Positions 43,816 to 52,403 of a stretch of DNA of 64,000 bases are shown here, piece by piece. The notes under the pieces are model-generated. The model was given only the letters and a program-made list of their open reading frames with translations. It was not told the DNA's origin and did not search any database. The number at the start of each line of letters is the position of its first letter. Position 1 is the first letter of the stretch. The stretch lies in assembly GCA_964536895.1 (NCBI GenBank), contig CAZIAI010000005.1, forward strand, positions 704-64,703. The letters are read 5' to 3'. The position numbers and the translations under genes were made by a program. Source of the stretch: an uncultured Clavibacter sp. (GTDB lineage: Bacteria; Actinomycetota; Actinomycetes; Nanopelagicales; Nanopelagicaceae).

Positions 43816-46374
43816 TTAGTGCGCGGCCAAATCCCAGCTTTTGCCAAAACCAACATTTACATCCAGAGGAGCTTTGAGTGGATAGGCCCTACCCATCTCC
43901 TCGCGAACTAGCTTTTCCATTTCGTCATGTTCGCCCTCCGCAATTTCAAAGATCAATTCATCATGAACCTGTAGCAGTATCCGCGATTTCAATCCCTTTG
44001 CCTTTATGGCGCGTTCAACCTGCAACATCGCTACCTTGATGATGTCCGCTGCAGATCCTTGAATTGGCGCGTTCAGGGCCATTCGCTCTGCAACCTCTCT
44101 TCGTTGACGATTTTCATGATTCAGATCTGGCAGGTATCGACGACGACCCAATATCGTTTCGGTATAGCCCTGTTGTCGAGCGATGACTACTACCTGCTTT
44201 AGATAATCTTGAATTCCGCCAAAACGCTCAAAATAGCGGGACATCAAAGCGCTGGCATCGGTTGGTGAAATATCTAGTTGTTGGGCCAATCCATAAGATG
44301 AAAGTCCATATGCCAATCCATATGACATCGCCTTGATCTGTCTTCTCATGTCCGCATCTACTTGAGAGAGTTTCACGCCGAATACTTGTGATGCCACAGT
44401 TGAATGCAGATCCTCACCGGACCTGAAGGCTTCTAGCAACTCTTTATCATCAGATAAATGCGCCATGATTCGCATTTCAATTTGGCTGTAGTCAGCGGTT
44501 AACAGATCCACAAAAGGTGCTTGCGCTACAAAGCAATCTCTAATCTTTCTGCCTTCATCTGTTCTGATGGGAATATTTTGCAAATTGGGTTCTGTCGATG
44601 AAAGTCGCCCAGTAGCTGTGGTCGTTTGTTGAAAGGTGGTGTGGATTCTCTTATCAGTTGAGATTGCTGACAGTAAGCCCTCAACTGTTGTTCGAAGTTT
44701 GCTTACCTCGCGAATTCTAAGCAAGTTGGCTAATAGTGGGTGTTTGGTGGTGGAGAAAAGCCATTCAAGAGATTCAGCATCTGTGCTAAATCCTGTTTTA
44801 ATTCGCTTTGTCTTTGGCAGCTTTAGCTCTTCAAACAGCACGGTCTGTAGCTGTTTAGGCGAGGCAACATTGAATTCATGACCTACCGACTGATACGCGG
44901 CGGAGGTAGCCCCCTTTTCCTCTGATGCAAAGAAATCATGGAGCGACTCCATTTTCTTTTGATCAATGGCAATACCTACGCTCTCCATTTGGGCAAGAAT
45001 TTCCATGGTCGGAATTTCTAACTCCCAATAAAGCTTTAGCGCATTGTGGTTTTTAAGCTCCCCTTCCAGCATTTGCCAAAGTTGAATCAAATAGCCAGCC
45101 GCTTCTGGTGTCCATGATTCGCTAAATAAATCATCTTGGGGCGCAGGCATCTCTACACCCAAAAATTTGCGCAGCACATCATTAAGATCAAGCTCCCGCG
45201 TCCCGGGATTAAGTAGATAGGTTGCAATCTCTGTGTCCACCGCAACTTTTGACAGCAATCCTTGGCTAATCCATTTCTTTGCTCCATGAATCATCCAATT
45301 CTCAAAGCTGTGCAATACCTCTGAGACACCGTTTCTTTCTGTGGTGACAACGGAGTTCTCTGCAAAACTTGCCGCAACATGATTTTCCGATATCAGCAAT
45401 GGAATTACAGTTTTAGCCTTGGCTACCAACGCGCTAAATTCTTTTGCGCTTACCGACTTAACATCTGTAGCGCTGGTTGGCGCAGTTACCGCAAAATCAT
45501 CTGGCGCAATCGCCTTTATCCGATCCTTCAATGCTTTTATCTCAAGTTTGTCGAAAAGCTCAGTGAGATGTTTGCGATCAACACCATGCCATTCCAAATC
45601 ATCAAACTTAGTTTGCAGTGGTAGGTCGTGGCGCAACTGCGTGAGTTCGCGATTAGTAATCACCGATGAAAGAGCGGCCCTTAGGGCCTCCCCGGCTTTG
45701 CCAGGTACTTCATCTACCCGGGCGATTAGTTGCTTTAATGATCCAAACTCTTGGACCCATTTCGCGGCGGTCTTTTCACCAACCCCCGGAATTGATGGCA
45801 GGTTATCGCTTGGATCGCCACGCAAAGCCGCAAAATCTGGATACTGCTCAGGGGTAAGTCCATATTTCTTTTCAACCGCTTCAGGTGTCATGCGAGCTAG
45901 TTCAGTCACCCCTTTCATGGGGTAAAGCACTGTCACATCCTCTTTAACCAGTTGAAAGGAATCTCGGTCACCACTACAAATCAATACCTCAGCCTGACTG
46001 GAAAACTTGTCTACAAAGGTAGCGATGATGTCATCGGCCTCGAAACCTTCTAATTCAAAGTGAGGAATACCGAGAGCATCCAACAACTCATTAATGTAAG
46101 AAATTTGAGAACGGAACTCATCTGGTGTTGTGGCTCTATTTGCTTTGTACTCTGGAAACTTCTCGCTGCGGAAAGTTTTGCGAGAGACGTCAAAGGCGGT
46201 CGCGATGTGCGTCGGTCGCTCATCTCTAATTAGATTGATAATCATGGATGCAAAGCCATAAACCGCGTTAGTGTGTTGGCCAGTCGAGGTGGCAAAATTG
46301 GCAACCGGTAAAGCGAAGTAGGCTCTATAGGCCAAAGAGTGGCCATCCAACAACAACAGTTTGGGCTTCATCAC
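43816..46374 (-). CDS. polA: DNA polymerase I
   Basis: 852 aa with a 5'-nuclease N-domain (LLLLDGHSLAYRAYFAL) and family-A polymerase motifs (DYSQIEMRIMAH, QVHDELIFE). Confidence 0.96.
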   Translation of the reverse strand: MMKPKLLLLDGHSLAYRAYFALPVANFATSTGQHTNAVYGFASMIINLIRDERPTHIATAFDVSRKTFRSEKFPEYKANRATTPDEFRSQISYINELLDALGIPHFELEGFEADDIIATFVDKFSSQAEVLICSGDRDSFQLVKEDVTVLYPMKGVTELARMTPEAVEKKYGLTPEQYPDFAALRGDPSDNLPSIPGVGEKTAAKWVQEFGSLKQLIARVDEVPGKAGEALRAALSSVITNRELTQLRHDLPLQTKFDDLEWHGVDRKHLTELFDKLEIKALKDRIKAIAPDDFAVTAPTSATDVKSVSAKEFSALVAKAKTVIPLLISENHVAASFAENSVVTTERNGVSEVLHSFENWMIHGAKKWISQGLLSKVAVDTEIATYLLNPGTRELDLNDVLRKFLGVEMPAPQDDLFSESWTPEAAGYLIQLWQMLEGELKNHNALKLYWELEIPTMEILAQMESVGIAIDQKKMESLHDFFASEEKGATSAAYQSVGHEFNVASPKQLQTVLFEELKLPKTKRIKTGFSTDAESLEWLFSTTKHPLLANLLRIREVSKLRTTVEGLLSAISTDKRIHTTFQQTTTATGRLSSTEPNLQNIPIRTDEGRKIRDCFVAQAPFVDLLTADYSQIEMRIMAHLSDDKELLEAFRSGEDLHSTVASQVFGVKLSQVDADMRRQIKAMSYGLAYGLSSYGLAQQLDISPTDASALMSRYFERFGGIQDYLKQVVVIARQQGYTETILGRRRYLPDLNHENRQRREVAERMALNAPIQGSAADIIKVAMLQVERAIKAKGLKSRILLQVHDELIFEIAEGEHDEMEKLVREEMGRAYPLKAPLDVNVGFGKSWDLAAH

Positions 46375-46391
46375 CTCAATCCTAGAGATTG

Positions 46392-46814
46392 ATGCCTACA
46401 ATTACCCGCATGACAGACTTCATGCAGATCCTAAATGAACGCGGCAGAGGCACCCTAGACAAAAAGATGGGGATTGAAATCATCGAAGCCTCACCCCAAC
46501 GTCTCGTTGGAACCATGCCGGTTGAGGGAAATCAACAACCTTTTGGTCTTCTGCATGGCGGCGCAAATGTGGTCTTGGCTGAGAGCCTTGGCTCCGTTGG
46601 AACCCATCTACATGCAGGTCCCACTCGGCGAATTGTCGGAATTGAAATAAGCGCTAGTCATCACAAATCAGCAACCTCCGGAGTTGTAACTGGAGTTGCT
46701 ACCGCGGTAACTCTTGGAAAAACACTTTGTACCTATAACGTTGAGATTACCAACGACAAAGGCGAAAAGACTTGCACCGCAAGAATTACCTGTTTAATCC
46801 TTGCGGAGCGTTGA
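46392..46814 (+). CDS. PaaI-family hotdog-fold thioesterase
   Basis: GLLHGGANVVLAESLGS motif, about 140 aa. ATG 46392 (the track uses TTG 46389). Confidence 0.8.
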   Translation: MPTITRMTDFMQILNERGRGTLDKKMGIEIIEASPQRLVGTMPVEGNQQPFGLLHGGANVVLAESLGSVGTHLHAGPTRRIVGIEISASHHKSATSGVVTGVATAVTLGKTLCTYNVEITNDKGEKTCTARITCLILAER

Positions 46815-47543
46815 TTAATCCATTTCGTGAGCGCCGGTACCCAAGTACGCAGACTTTACGTGAGGATCGTTTAGAAGATCCTTGCCTTTCGCTTCTTTTG
46901 TGATTGAACCAGTCTCCAAAACGTAAGCTCTGTCTGACCTTGATAGAGCTTGCTGGGCATTTTGTTCAACCAAAAGAATTGTCACGCCAAGTTTGTTGAT
47001 TTGGGTGATGATGCGGAAGATGTTGGCAATCATTTGAGGTGCTAGACCCATGGATGGTTCATCCAATAACAAAACTTTTGGCTTAGCCATCAAAGCTCTT
47101 CCGATTGCAAGCATCTGTTGTTCGCCGCCAGAGAGAGTTCCGCCCGCCTGAGTCATACGCTCTTTGAGTCTCGGGAACAGTTCATAGACCATCTCTAAAT
47201 CACTCTGCATAGCGCTCTTGGAAGATTTGAGGTGGTAGGTGCCTAGTTCTAGATTCTCCAAAACAGTTAGTCCCGGAAAAATGCCGCGACCTTCTGGCGC
47301 TTGAGAAATTCCTAGGTGAACTCTTTGATGAGCCTTGCGACCCAAGATACTTTCACCGTCGTACTCGATGCTTCCTGAAGTTGGGTTCAAAATTCCAGAG
47401 ATAGTCTTCAAGAGTGTTGTCTTGCCGGCGCCATTTGCTCCAATAAGAGAGACAATCTCACCCTGATTTACGGTTATCGAGATCCCCTTAAGAGCTTCGA
47501 TTTTTCCGTACGCAACTCGCAAATCTTTTATCTCAAGACGCAT
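46815..47543 (-). CDS. livF: branched-chain amino acid ABC transporter ATPase LivF
   Basis: GANGAGKTT, LSGGEQQM, LLLDEPSMGLAP. It is the last gene of the liv cluster. Confidence 0.9.
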   Translation of the reverse strand: MRLEIKDLRVAYGKIEALKGISITVNQGEIVSLIGANGAGKTTLLKTISGILNPTSGSIEYDGESILGRKAHQRVHLGISQAPEGRGIFPGLTVLENLELGTYHLKSSKSAMQSDLEMVYELFPRLKERMTQAGGTLSGGEQQMLAIGRALMAKPKVLLLDEPSMGLAPQMIANIFRIITQINKLGVTILLVEQNAQQALSRSDRAYVLETGSITKEAKGKDLLNDPHVKSAYLGTGAHEMD

Positions 47544-48309
47544 CTTCCGGCACTCCTAAGTAAGCCTCGATTACACGAGGGTCATCCTGAACTTTAGCTG
47601 GCAGGTCATCTGCGATTTTTTGTCCAAAATCAAGCACTACTACTCGATCAGAAACCTTCATAACCAAGGACATGTCGTGCTCAATGAGCAATACTGTGTA
47701 TCCAGCATCTCGAATCTTGCGAATTGTCTTTGCAAGTTCGACTTTTTCTGAAGGGTTGAACCCTGCAGCTGGCTCATCTAGCAGCAAAAGCTTTGGTTCA
47801 GTTCCAAGCGCGCGAGCAATCTCTAATCTGCGCTGCACTCCATAAGGAAGATTACGAGCCAGGCGATCGGCGTACTCTCCAATTCCGATGAAATCGAGTA
47901 GTTGCTGCGCGCGCTGCTTGTCTCTCTTTTCCTCGCGGCGTGAAATTGGCATGCCAAACAAACCGCTCAACAAACCTGATCTCTTGTGGGTGTCAGTAGC
48001 GGTGATGACATTTTCTAATGCGGTCATGTCACCCCAGAGTCTGATGTTCTGGAAAGTGCGAGCGATTCCTTTTTTGGTTATCTTGTAACGTTTTGTTCCA
48101 GAGATGCCCTTGCCAAGAAACGCAATCTCACCTGATGTAATTTGGTAGACGCCGGTAATAACGTTGAAAACCGTTGTCTTGCCAGCACCATTTGGACCGA
48201 TTAAGCCAAGAATTTCACCTTCGTTAACATCAAAGGTGACATCGTTCAACGCGGTCACGCCGCCGAAGCGCATAGTTACATTTTTGAGAGATAGGACTGG
48301 TGTACTCAT
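47533..48309 (-). CDS. livG: branched-chain amino acid ABC transporter ATPase LivG
   Basis: GPNGAGKTT, LPYGVQRRLEIARAL, LLLDEPAAGFNP. Confidence 0.9.
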   Translation of the reverse strand: MSTPVLSLKNVTMRFGGVTALNDVTFDVNEGEILGLIGPNGAGKTTVFNVITGVYQITSGEIAFLGKGISGTKRYKITKKGIARTFQNIRLWGDMTALENVITATDTHKRSGLLSGLFGMPISRREEKRDKQRAQQLLDFIGIGEYADRLARNLPYGVQRRLEIARALGTEPKLLLLDEPAAGFNPSEKVELAKTIRKIRDAGYTVLLIEHDMSLVMKVSDRVVVLDFGQKIADDLPAKVQDDPRVIEAYLGVPEDAS

Positions 48310-49328
48310 GCTTGCTCCTTATTTGGAAGCGCCTTTTCGCGCTTCTTTCGAGGCAACAATCCATCTGGTCGTAAATTCATCATAATCACTAGGACTAATC
48401 CGAATACCAGCAAACGTGCATCAGAGAGGAATCGGATGCGATCTGGTAGGTAACCAAGAATCACAGCACCAAGAATCACTCCCCAGATGTTGCCCATTCC
48501 ACCGAAAACCACACATGCCAAAATCAAAATCGAAATCTGCAAGGTGAAGTTATCTGGTGCGATGAAAAGTGTCTTGGAGGCATAGAGAACGCCGGCTGCA
48601 CCGCCAACTGAAGCGCCCAAAACGAAGGCCCATACCTTGTACTTAAAGGTTGGCACACCCATAAGTTCGGCGGCATCTTCATCCTGGCGAATAGATTCCC
48701 AAGCTCGTCCAGCACGACGCACTGAAAGTCTTCTGACCATCCATACGGCTAGCAAAATGAAGATCAACAGAGTCCAGTAATAGATTCTGTGGCTATCAAA
48801 TGAAAACTCAATGCCGAAAATCGAAGGCGGCGTAGGGATATTTTGGATACCACCAGAACGACCCAAGACCTCTAAGTTCAAGGCAACGATTCGAACAATC
48901 TCACCGAAACCTAGGGTGATGATGGCTAGATAATCGCCGCGCAACTTCAAAGCCGGCACACCAAGAATCACACCAGAGAACATCGCCATGGCGATTCCAA
49001 TTGGCAGAATCTCCCAGGTATTAAGCCCTGTGCGGGTTCCAAGAAGTCCCATCGTGTATGCACCGATTGCAAAAAATGCTACGTAGCCAAGATCTAGCAA
49101 ACCGCTCTTGCCGATAACGATGTTTAGTCCAATAGCCATCAAAACAAACATCGCTACGGGATAGACCAGAACAGATTCGTAATCAGCGATTGGAGTGTTT
49201 AAGAAGGTTCCACCGAAAAATGGCAGCGAAGCCGCAAGTGCGATGAACCCTAGAGCGATGAAGGTACGCTCAATTCGATTTGAACGCTCCCAAATATCTG
49301 CGCCTTTATCTCTTAGATTTATCATCAT
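48306..49328 (-). CDS. livM: branched-chain amino acid ABC transporter permease LivM
   Basis: 340-aa polytopic membrane protein (LDLGYVAFFAIGAY) between livH and livG. Confidence 0.88.
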   Translation of the reverse strand: MMINLRDKGADIWERSNRIERTFIALGFIALAASLPFFGGTFLNTPIADYESVLVYPVAMFVLMAIGLNIVIGKSGLLDLGYVAFFAIGAYTMGLLGTRTGLNTWEILPIGIAMAMFSGVILGVPALKLRGDYLAIITLGFGEIVRIVALNLEVLGRSGGIQNIPTPPSIFGIEFSFDSHRIYYWTLLIFILLAVWMVRRLSVRRAGRAWESIRQDEDAAELMGVPTFKYKVWAFVLGASVGGAAGVLYASKTLFIAPDNFTLQISILILACVVFGGMGNIWGVILGAVILGYLPDRIRFLSDARLLVFGLVLVIMMNLRPDGLLPRKKREKALPNKEQA

Positions 49329-50275
49329 GCCCTCGATTGCGTCATAGCTTCACCGAAGAGTCCATTCGGCCTTGTGTATAGAACGAGAACCAAAATAACG
49401 AACACAGTTACCGCCTTCCACTGAGTTCCAAGGAAGAAAGAGGCGTAAGTTTCTAGAAGTCCAAGTGCTAATCCGCCGTAGAACGCACCCTTTATGTTTC
49501 CGATACCTCCCAGAATTGCAGCTGTGAAAGCAGCGATTCCTAATTCAAAACCAATGCTGAAGCTGCTGTTCTCGTACTTGAGAACGTAGAAGAAACCTGC
49601 TGCGCCGGTCATTACACCACCAACTAAGAAGGTGATTGAAACGACGGCATCGATGTTAATTCCCATTAACTTGGCCGCATTGCCATTCATAGAAACCGCA
49701 CGAATAGCTTTACCTAACCGAGTCTTGTTGACGAATGCTAGAAGTAGTGTCAGCAACACAATCGCAGCAACAATAATTATGGTGTTATCAAGTCTGACAT
49801 CAGCATCAAAAAATTTACCTAAGAATGATTTTTCCATGGCACGTGGGCTGGCAACCGGTCTTGAATCGGTCATTATGCGCACCGTTTCGGCTAGCACCAT
49901 TGAAACACCAATGGCCGAAATAAGTGGTGCCAAAATTCCAGAGTTCATACGACGTAATCTGCGGTAAGCCACCAATTCAATGAGGACTGAAAGTAATCCA
50001 GATATCACCATGGATGCGAGTAACGCGCTTCCGAGAATCAACCAAAGACGGAAACCAGTCGCATACTCCGAGGTCTGAGTGAAATCAAAAACATCTCGGA
50101 TGATAATAATTGTGGCGAATGTACCCACCATGAAAACTTCTGAGTTTGCAAAGTTGATCATTCTGAGAACGCCATAAACCATGGTGTAACCAAGGGCGAT
50201 CAGAATATAAATGAATCCCAGACTTAGGCCACCGAATGTAAGAGACCAGAACTGGTCGAGAAAATTACCAATCAA
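49325..50275 (-). CDS. livH: branched-chain amino acid ABC transporter permease LivH
   Basis: 316-aa polytopic membrane protein (MINFANSEVFMVG). It is the first permease after the binding protein. Confidence 0.88.
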   Translation of the reverse strand: MIGNFLDQFWSLTFGGLSLGFIYILIALGYTMVYGVLRMINFANSEVFMVGTFATIIIIRDVFDFTQTSEYATGFRLWLILGSALLASMVISGLLSVLIELVAYRRLRRMNSGILAPLISAIGVSMVLAETVRIMTDSRPVASPRAMEKSFLGKFFDADVRLDNTIIIVAAIVLLTLLLAFVNKTRLGKAIRAVSMNGNAAKLMGINIDAVVSITFLVGGVMTGAAGFFYVLKYENSSFSIGFELGIAAFTAAILGGIGNIKGAFYGGLALGLLETYASFFLGTQWKAVTVFVILVLVLYTRPNGLFGEAMTQSRA

Positions 50276-50322
50276 GAGAGCGACTTCCTATTCTGCTTAG
50301 GACCAACTTGAAGCAAATTATG

Positions 50323-50359
50323 GCTTGGACAGGCCCCCTTAGCGAGGACCTGTCCAAGC
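50323..50359 (-). other. intercistronic stem-loop between livK and livH
   Basis: Perfect 11-bp arms GCTTGGACAGG / CCTGTCCAAGC with a 15-nt loop, 15 nt after the livK stop. No U-tract follows. Confidence 0.6.
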
Positions 50360-50374
50360 AGTTACTGCTATTTA

Positions 50375-51529
50375 TTACTTAACTGGTCCGGTGAACTTGA
50401 TAGCACCGCCACGAACTTCGAATCCGTTCATAGCGCCACCAGCAACGTCACCATTCGCATCAAAGCTTAGGTTTGCGCCAGTTAGGGACTTGCCCTTGAA
50501 ACGCTTGACGCAATTAAGCATTGCTTGACGAGTTGAGACTCCCTTTTCGATGCAGCTCAAGAAGATGTTTGTTGCATCGATGGATTCAGCTGCATACACG
50601 CCTGAAGCCTTGCCCATCTTCTTCTTGAAATCAGCCTCTAGCTTGGAGGAGATATCAGCCAAAGGAACGGTGCCTGCTGTTAGGCGAACACCTTCAAGAA
50701 CTGATGCAGGAGCAAGAGTTACAAAGCTTGGGCTTAGAACTCCATCTCCACCAGCAAGAATTCCGGTGTATCCGCTATCACGTAGCTGCTTGAAGAAAAC
50801 AGCTGCTTGTGGGAAGTAACCGGTGTAGATAACTACGTTTGCTGAAGCGGTCTTGATCTTTGCAATTGTTGCAGACCAGTCAGTTGTCTTGTCTGAAACG
50901 CTATCAAAGCCAACTGATTGACCAGCTGGAATTGCAGGCTTCATGTAATCAACAAGTCCGACACCGTAAGCTGATTGATCATCAACGATGAATACCTTAG
51001 GTGATGAAACGCCCTTGGTTGCAAGCTTGAATAGTGATGGTCCTTGAACCTTATCGGTTACAACAACGCGGTGGAAAACTGGTACTCCAAGTGCTCCACC
51101 TGGAGAGCTTGGGTCTGTGATTGATACACGTGTTGCAGATGGAGAAATCATCGGCAATAGACGTTGCTTGTAGAACGGAAGTGATGCGATTGTCGCGCCT
51201 GAGTAAGCAGCACCAACAAGGCCAATGATTTTGGCGTTGGAAGCGATACCTGGAGCAACCTTTGCAGCCTGTGCAGGATCTCCCTGGTCATCAGCGCGTA
51301 CAACTCGAACTACATACTTTCCTTTGTTCTTTGCGTTGAATAGCTTGACAGCGTAAAGCATGCCTGCCAACTCATCCTGACCAACCTGAGCTTCTTCGCC
51401 GGTTAGTGGACCCTGGAACGCAAGGGTAATTGTCTTTGCTTTCGCATTAGAAGCTGGAGCAATCGCAACAGCAGAGCCTGCTGCAAGTGCGATTACGGCA
51501 GCAACTGAAATTAAGCGTTGCTTCTTCAT
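50375..51529 (-). CDS. livK: branched-chain amino acid (LivK/LivJ-type) ABC substrate-binding protein
   Basis: Signal peptide MKKQRLISVAAVIALAAGSAVAIAPASNA and a type-I periplasmic binding fold. 384 aa. Confidence 0.88.
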   Translation of the reverse strand: MKKQRLISVAAVIALAAGSAVAIAPASNAKAKTITLAFQGPLTGEEAQVGQDELAGMLYAVKLFNAKNKGKYVVRVVRADDQGDPAQAAKVAPGIASNAKIIGLVGAAYSGATIASLPFYKQRLLPMISPSATRVSITDPSSPGGALGVPVFHRVVVTDKVQGPSLFKLATKGVSSPKVFIVDDQSAYGVGLVDYMKPAIPAGQSVGFDSVSDKTTDWSATIAKIKTASANVVIYTGYFPQAAVFFKQLRDSGYTGILAGGDGVLSPSFVTLAPASVLEGVRLTAGTVPLADISSKLEADFKKKMGKASGVYAAESIDATNIFLSCIEKGVSTRQAMLNCVKRFKGKSLTGANLSFDANGDVAGGAMNGFEVRGGAIKFTGPVK

Positions 51530-51656
51530 TTAATGCCTTTCCTTCATGATCATGCCCCCTGGGACAGGGAGGGGTGAAGGCTAGCGTTGCACTCTCATTT
51601 CACACAAGGAAAGTGACGCTGAAAAGATATAACTTTCTCGTTATATGAGATGAAAT

Positions 51657-51672
51657 GGCTCAAATTTGAGCC
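51657..51672 (-). terminator. hairpin immediately after the pdtaR stop (weak terminator candidate)
   Basis: GGCTCA-AATT-TGAGCC is a perfect palindrome abutting the TAA. It is followed by AUUUCAUCUC, which is only weakly U-rich. Confidence 0.4.
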
Positions 51673-52269
51673 TTATTTTTCCAAAGCCGCCGAAGGATTA
51701 ATAACCGCCTCGGCTACCTCCTTCATGGTGATGCGCCGATCCATGGCAGCTCTCTGAATCCAAGAAAATGCCTGGGGCTCTGTGAGATTTAGCGCCTGCA
51801 TCAATATTCCCTTTGCACGGTCAATAACCTTTCGCGTTTCCAATCGATCATGTAAATCGGCAACCTCTGTTTCTAATGATTTCATTTGGCGATGTCTACT
51901 AATTGAGATTTCAATTGCTGGTAGCAAATCATTAATCGTAAATGGTTTAACTACATAAGCCATGGCTCCAGCATCGCGAGCCCGCTCCACTAAATCTTTT
52001 TGACTAAATGCGGTCAGAATCAAAACTGGGGAGATAGAGATAATCTGTTCAGCGGCGGAAATGCCATCAAGAATTGGCATCTTCACATCAAGAATTGCTA
52101 AATCCGGAGCGTGTTGTTGAACTAGCGAAACCGCTTCTTGTCCGTTGCTTGCTTGTGCAACTACCTCATATCCGGCGTCCTGCAACATTTCAACAAGATC
52201 CATCCGGATTAATGTTTCATCTTCAGCCACCAGTATTCGATAGCGATCGGCTGAAGATTGAGTTGTCAT
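51673..52269 (-). CDS. pdtaR: ANTAR-domain response regulator (PdtaR-like)
   Basis: REC domain (ILVAEDETLIRMDL, DLAILDVKMPILDG) plus a C-terminal ANTAR domain (LETRKVIDRAKGILM...AFSWIQRAAMDRR). 198 aa. It keeps the Rv1626-like position near pyk and polA. Confidence 0.9.
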   Translation of the reverse strand: MTTQSSADRYRILVAEDETLIRMDLVEMLQDAGYEVVAQASNGQEAVSLVQQHAPDLAILDVKMPILDGISAAEQIISISPVLILTAFSQKDLVERARDAGAMAYVVKPFTINDLLPAIEISISRHRQMKSLETEVADLHDRLETRKVIDRAKGILMQALNLTEPQAFSWIQRAAMDRRITMKEVAEAVINPSAALEK

Positions 52270-52270
52270 G

Positions 52271-52343
52271 TGCCTCGAGTCGGATTTGAACCGACACTAT
52301 GCAGTGTTTGAGACTGCCCTCTCTACCGTTGGAGTACCGAGGC
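52271..52343 (-). tRNA. tRNA with anticodon CAA (Leu by anticodon) but class-I architecture (5-nt variable loop)
   Basis: GCCTCGG TA CTCC AACGGTAG AGAG G GCAGT CTCAAAC ACTGC ATAGT GTCGG TTCAAAT CCGAC TCGAGGC A. It has a 7-bp acceptor stem, U8, A14, G18G19, U33, A37, a canonical T-arm and A73. No CCA is encoded. Confidence 0.85.
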
Positions 52344-52403
52344 TCTTATTCAGCGTTATGTATTACCTACTATTTAACTTCAATCCCGCTGACAGTTCAA
52401 ATT

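Noticed and set aside
45419-45925. 168-aa plus-strand ORF. The same question applies to the other 100-137-aa ORFs at 189..506, 3791..4111, 14543..14956, 15125..15442, 33010..33420, 53131..53523 and 56684..57052.
   Set aside because: All are antisense shadows of well-supported genes (polA, tyrS, argD, the ABC exporter, yvcK, pyk, gltB). None has an independent signal.
51530-51656. A canonical ANTAR target in the livK leader: two tandem hairpins with hexaloops carrying A at position 1 and G at position 4.
   Set aside because: The hairpins present have loops GAGAAA, CUUGUGU and UCC, and none fits the A1/G4 hexaloop pattern. The synteny-based hypothesis is kept only as a low-confidence inference.
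52272-52343. Reading the tRNA region on the plus strand, where the loop would give anticodon TTG (Gln).
   Set aside because: The plus-strand version has no TTCRANY T-loop, has 5 nt instead of 1 between the D arm and the anticodon stem, and has a mismatched acceptor end. Only the minus strand gives a canonical cloverleaf.
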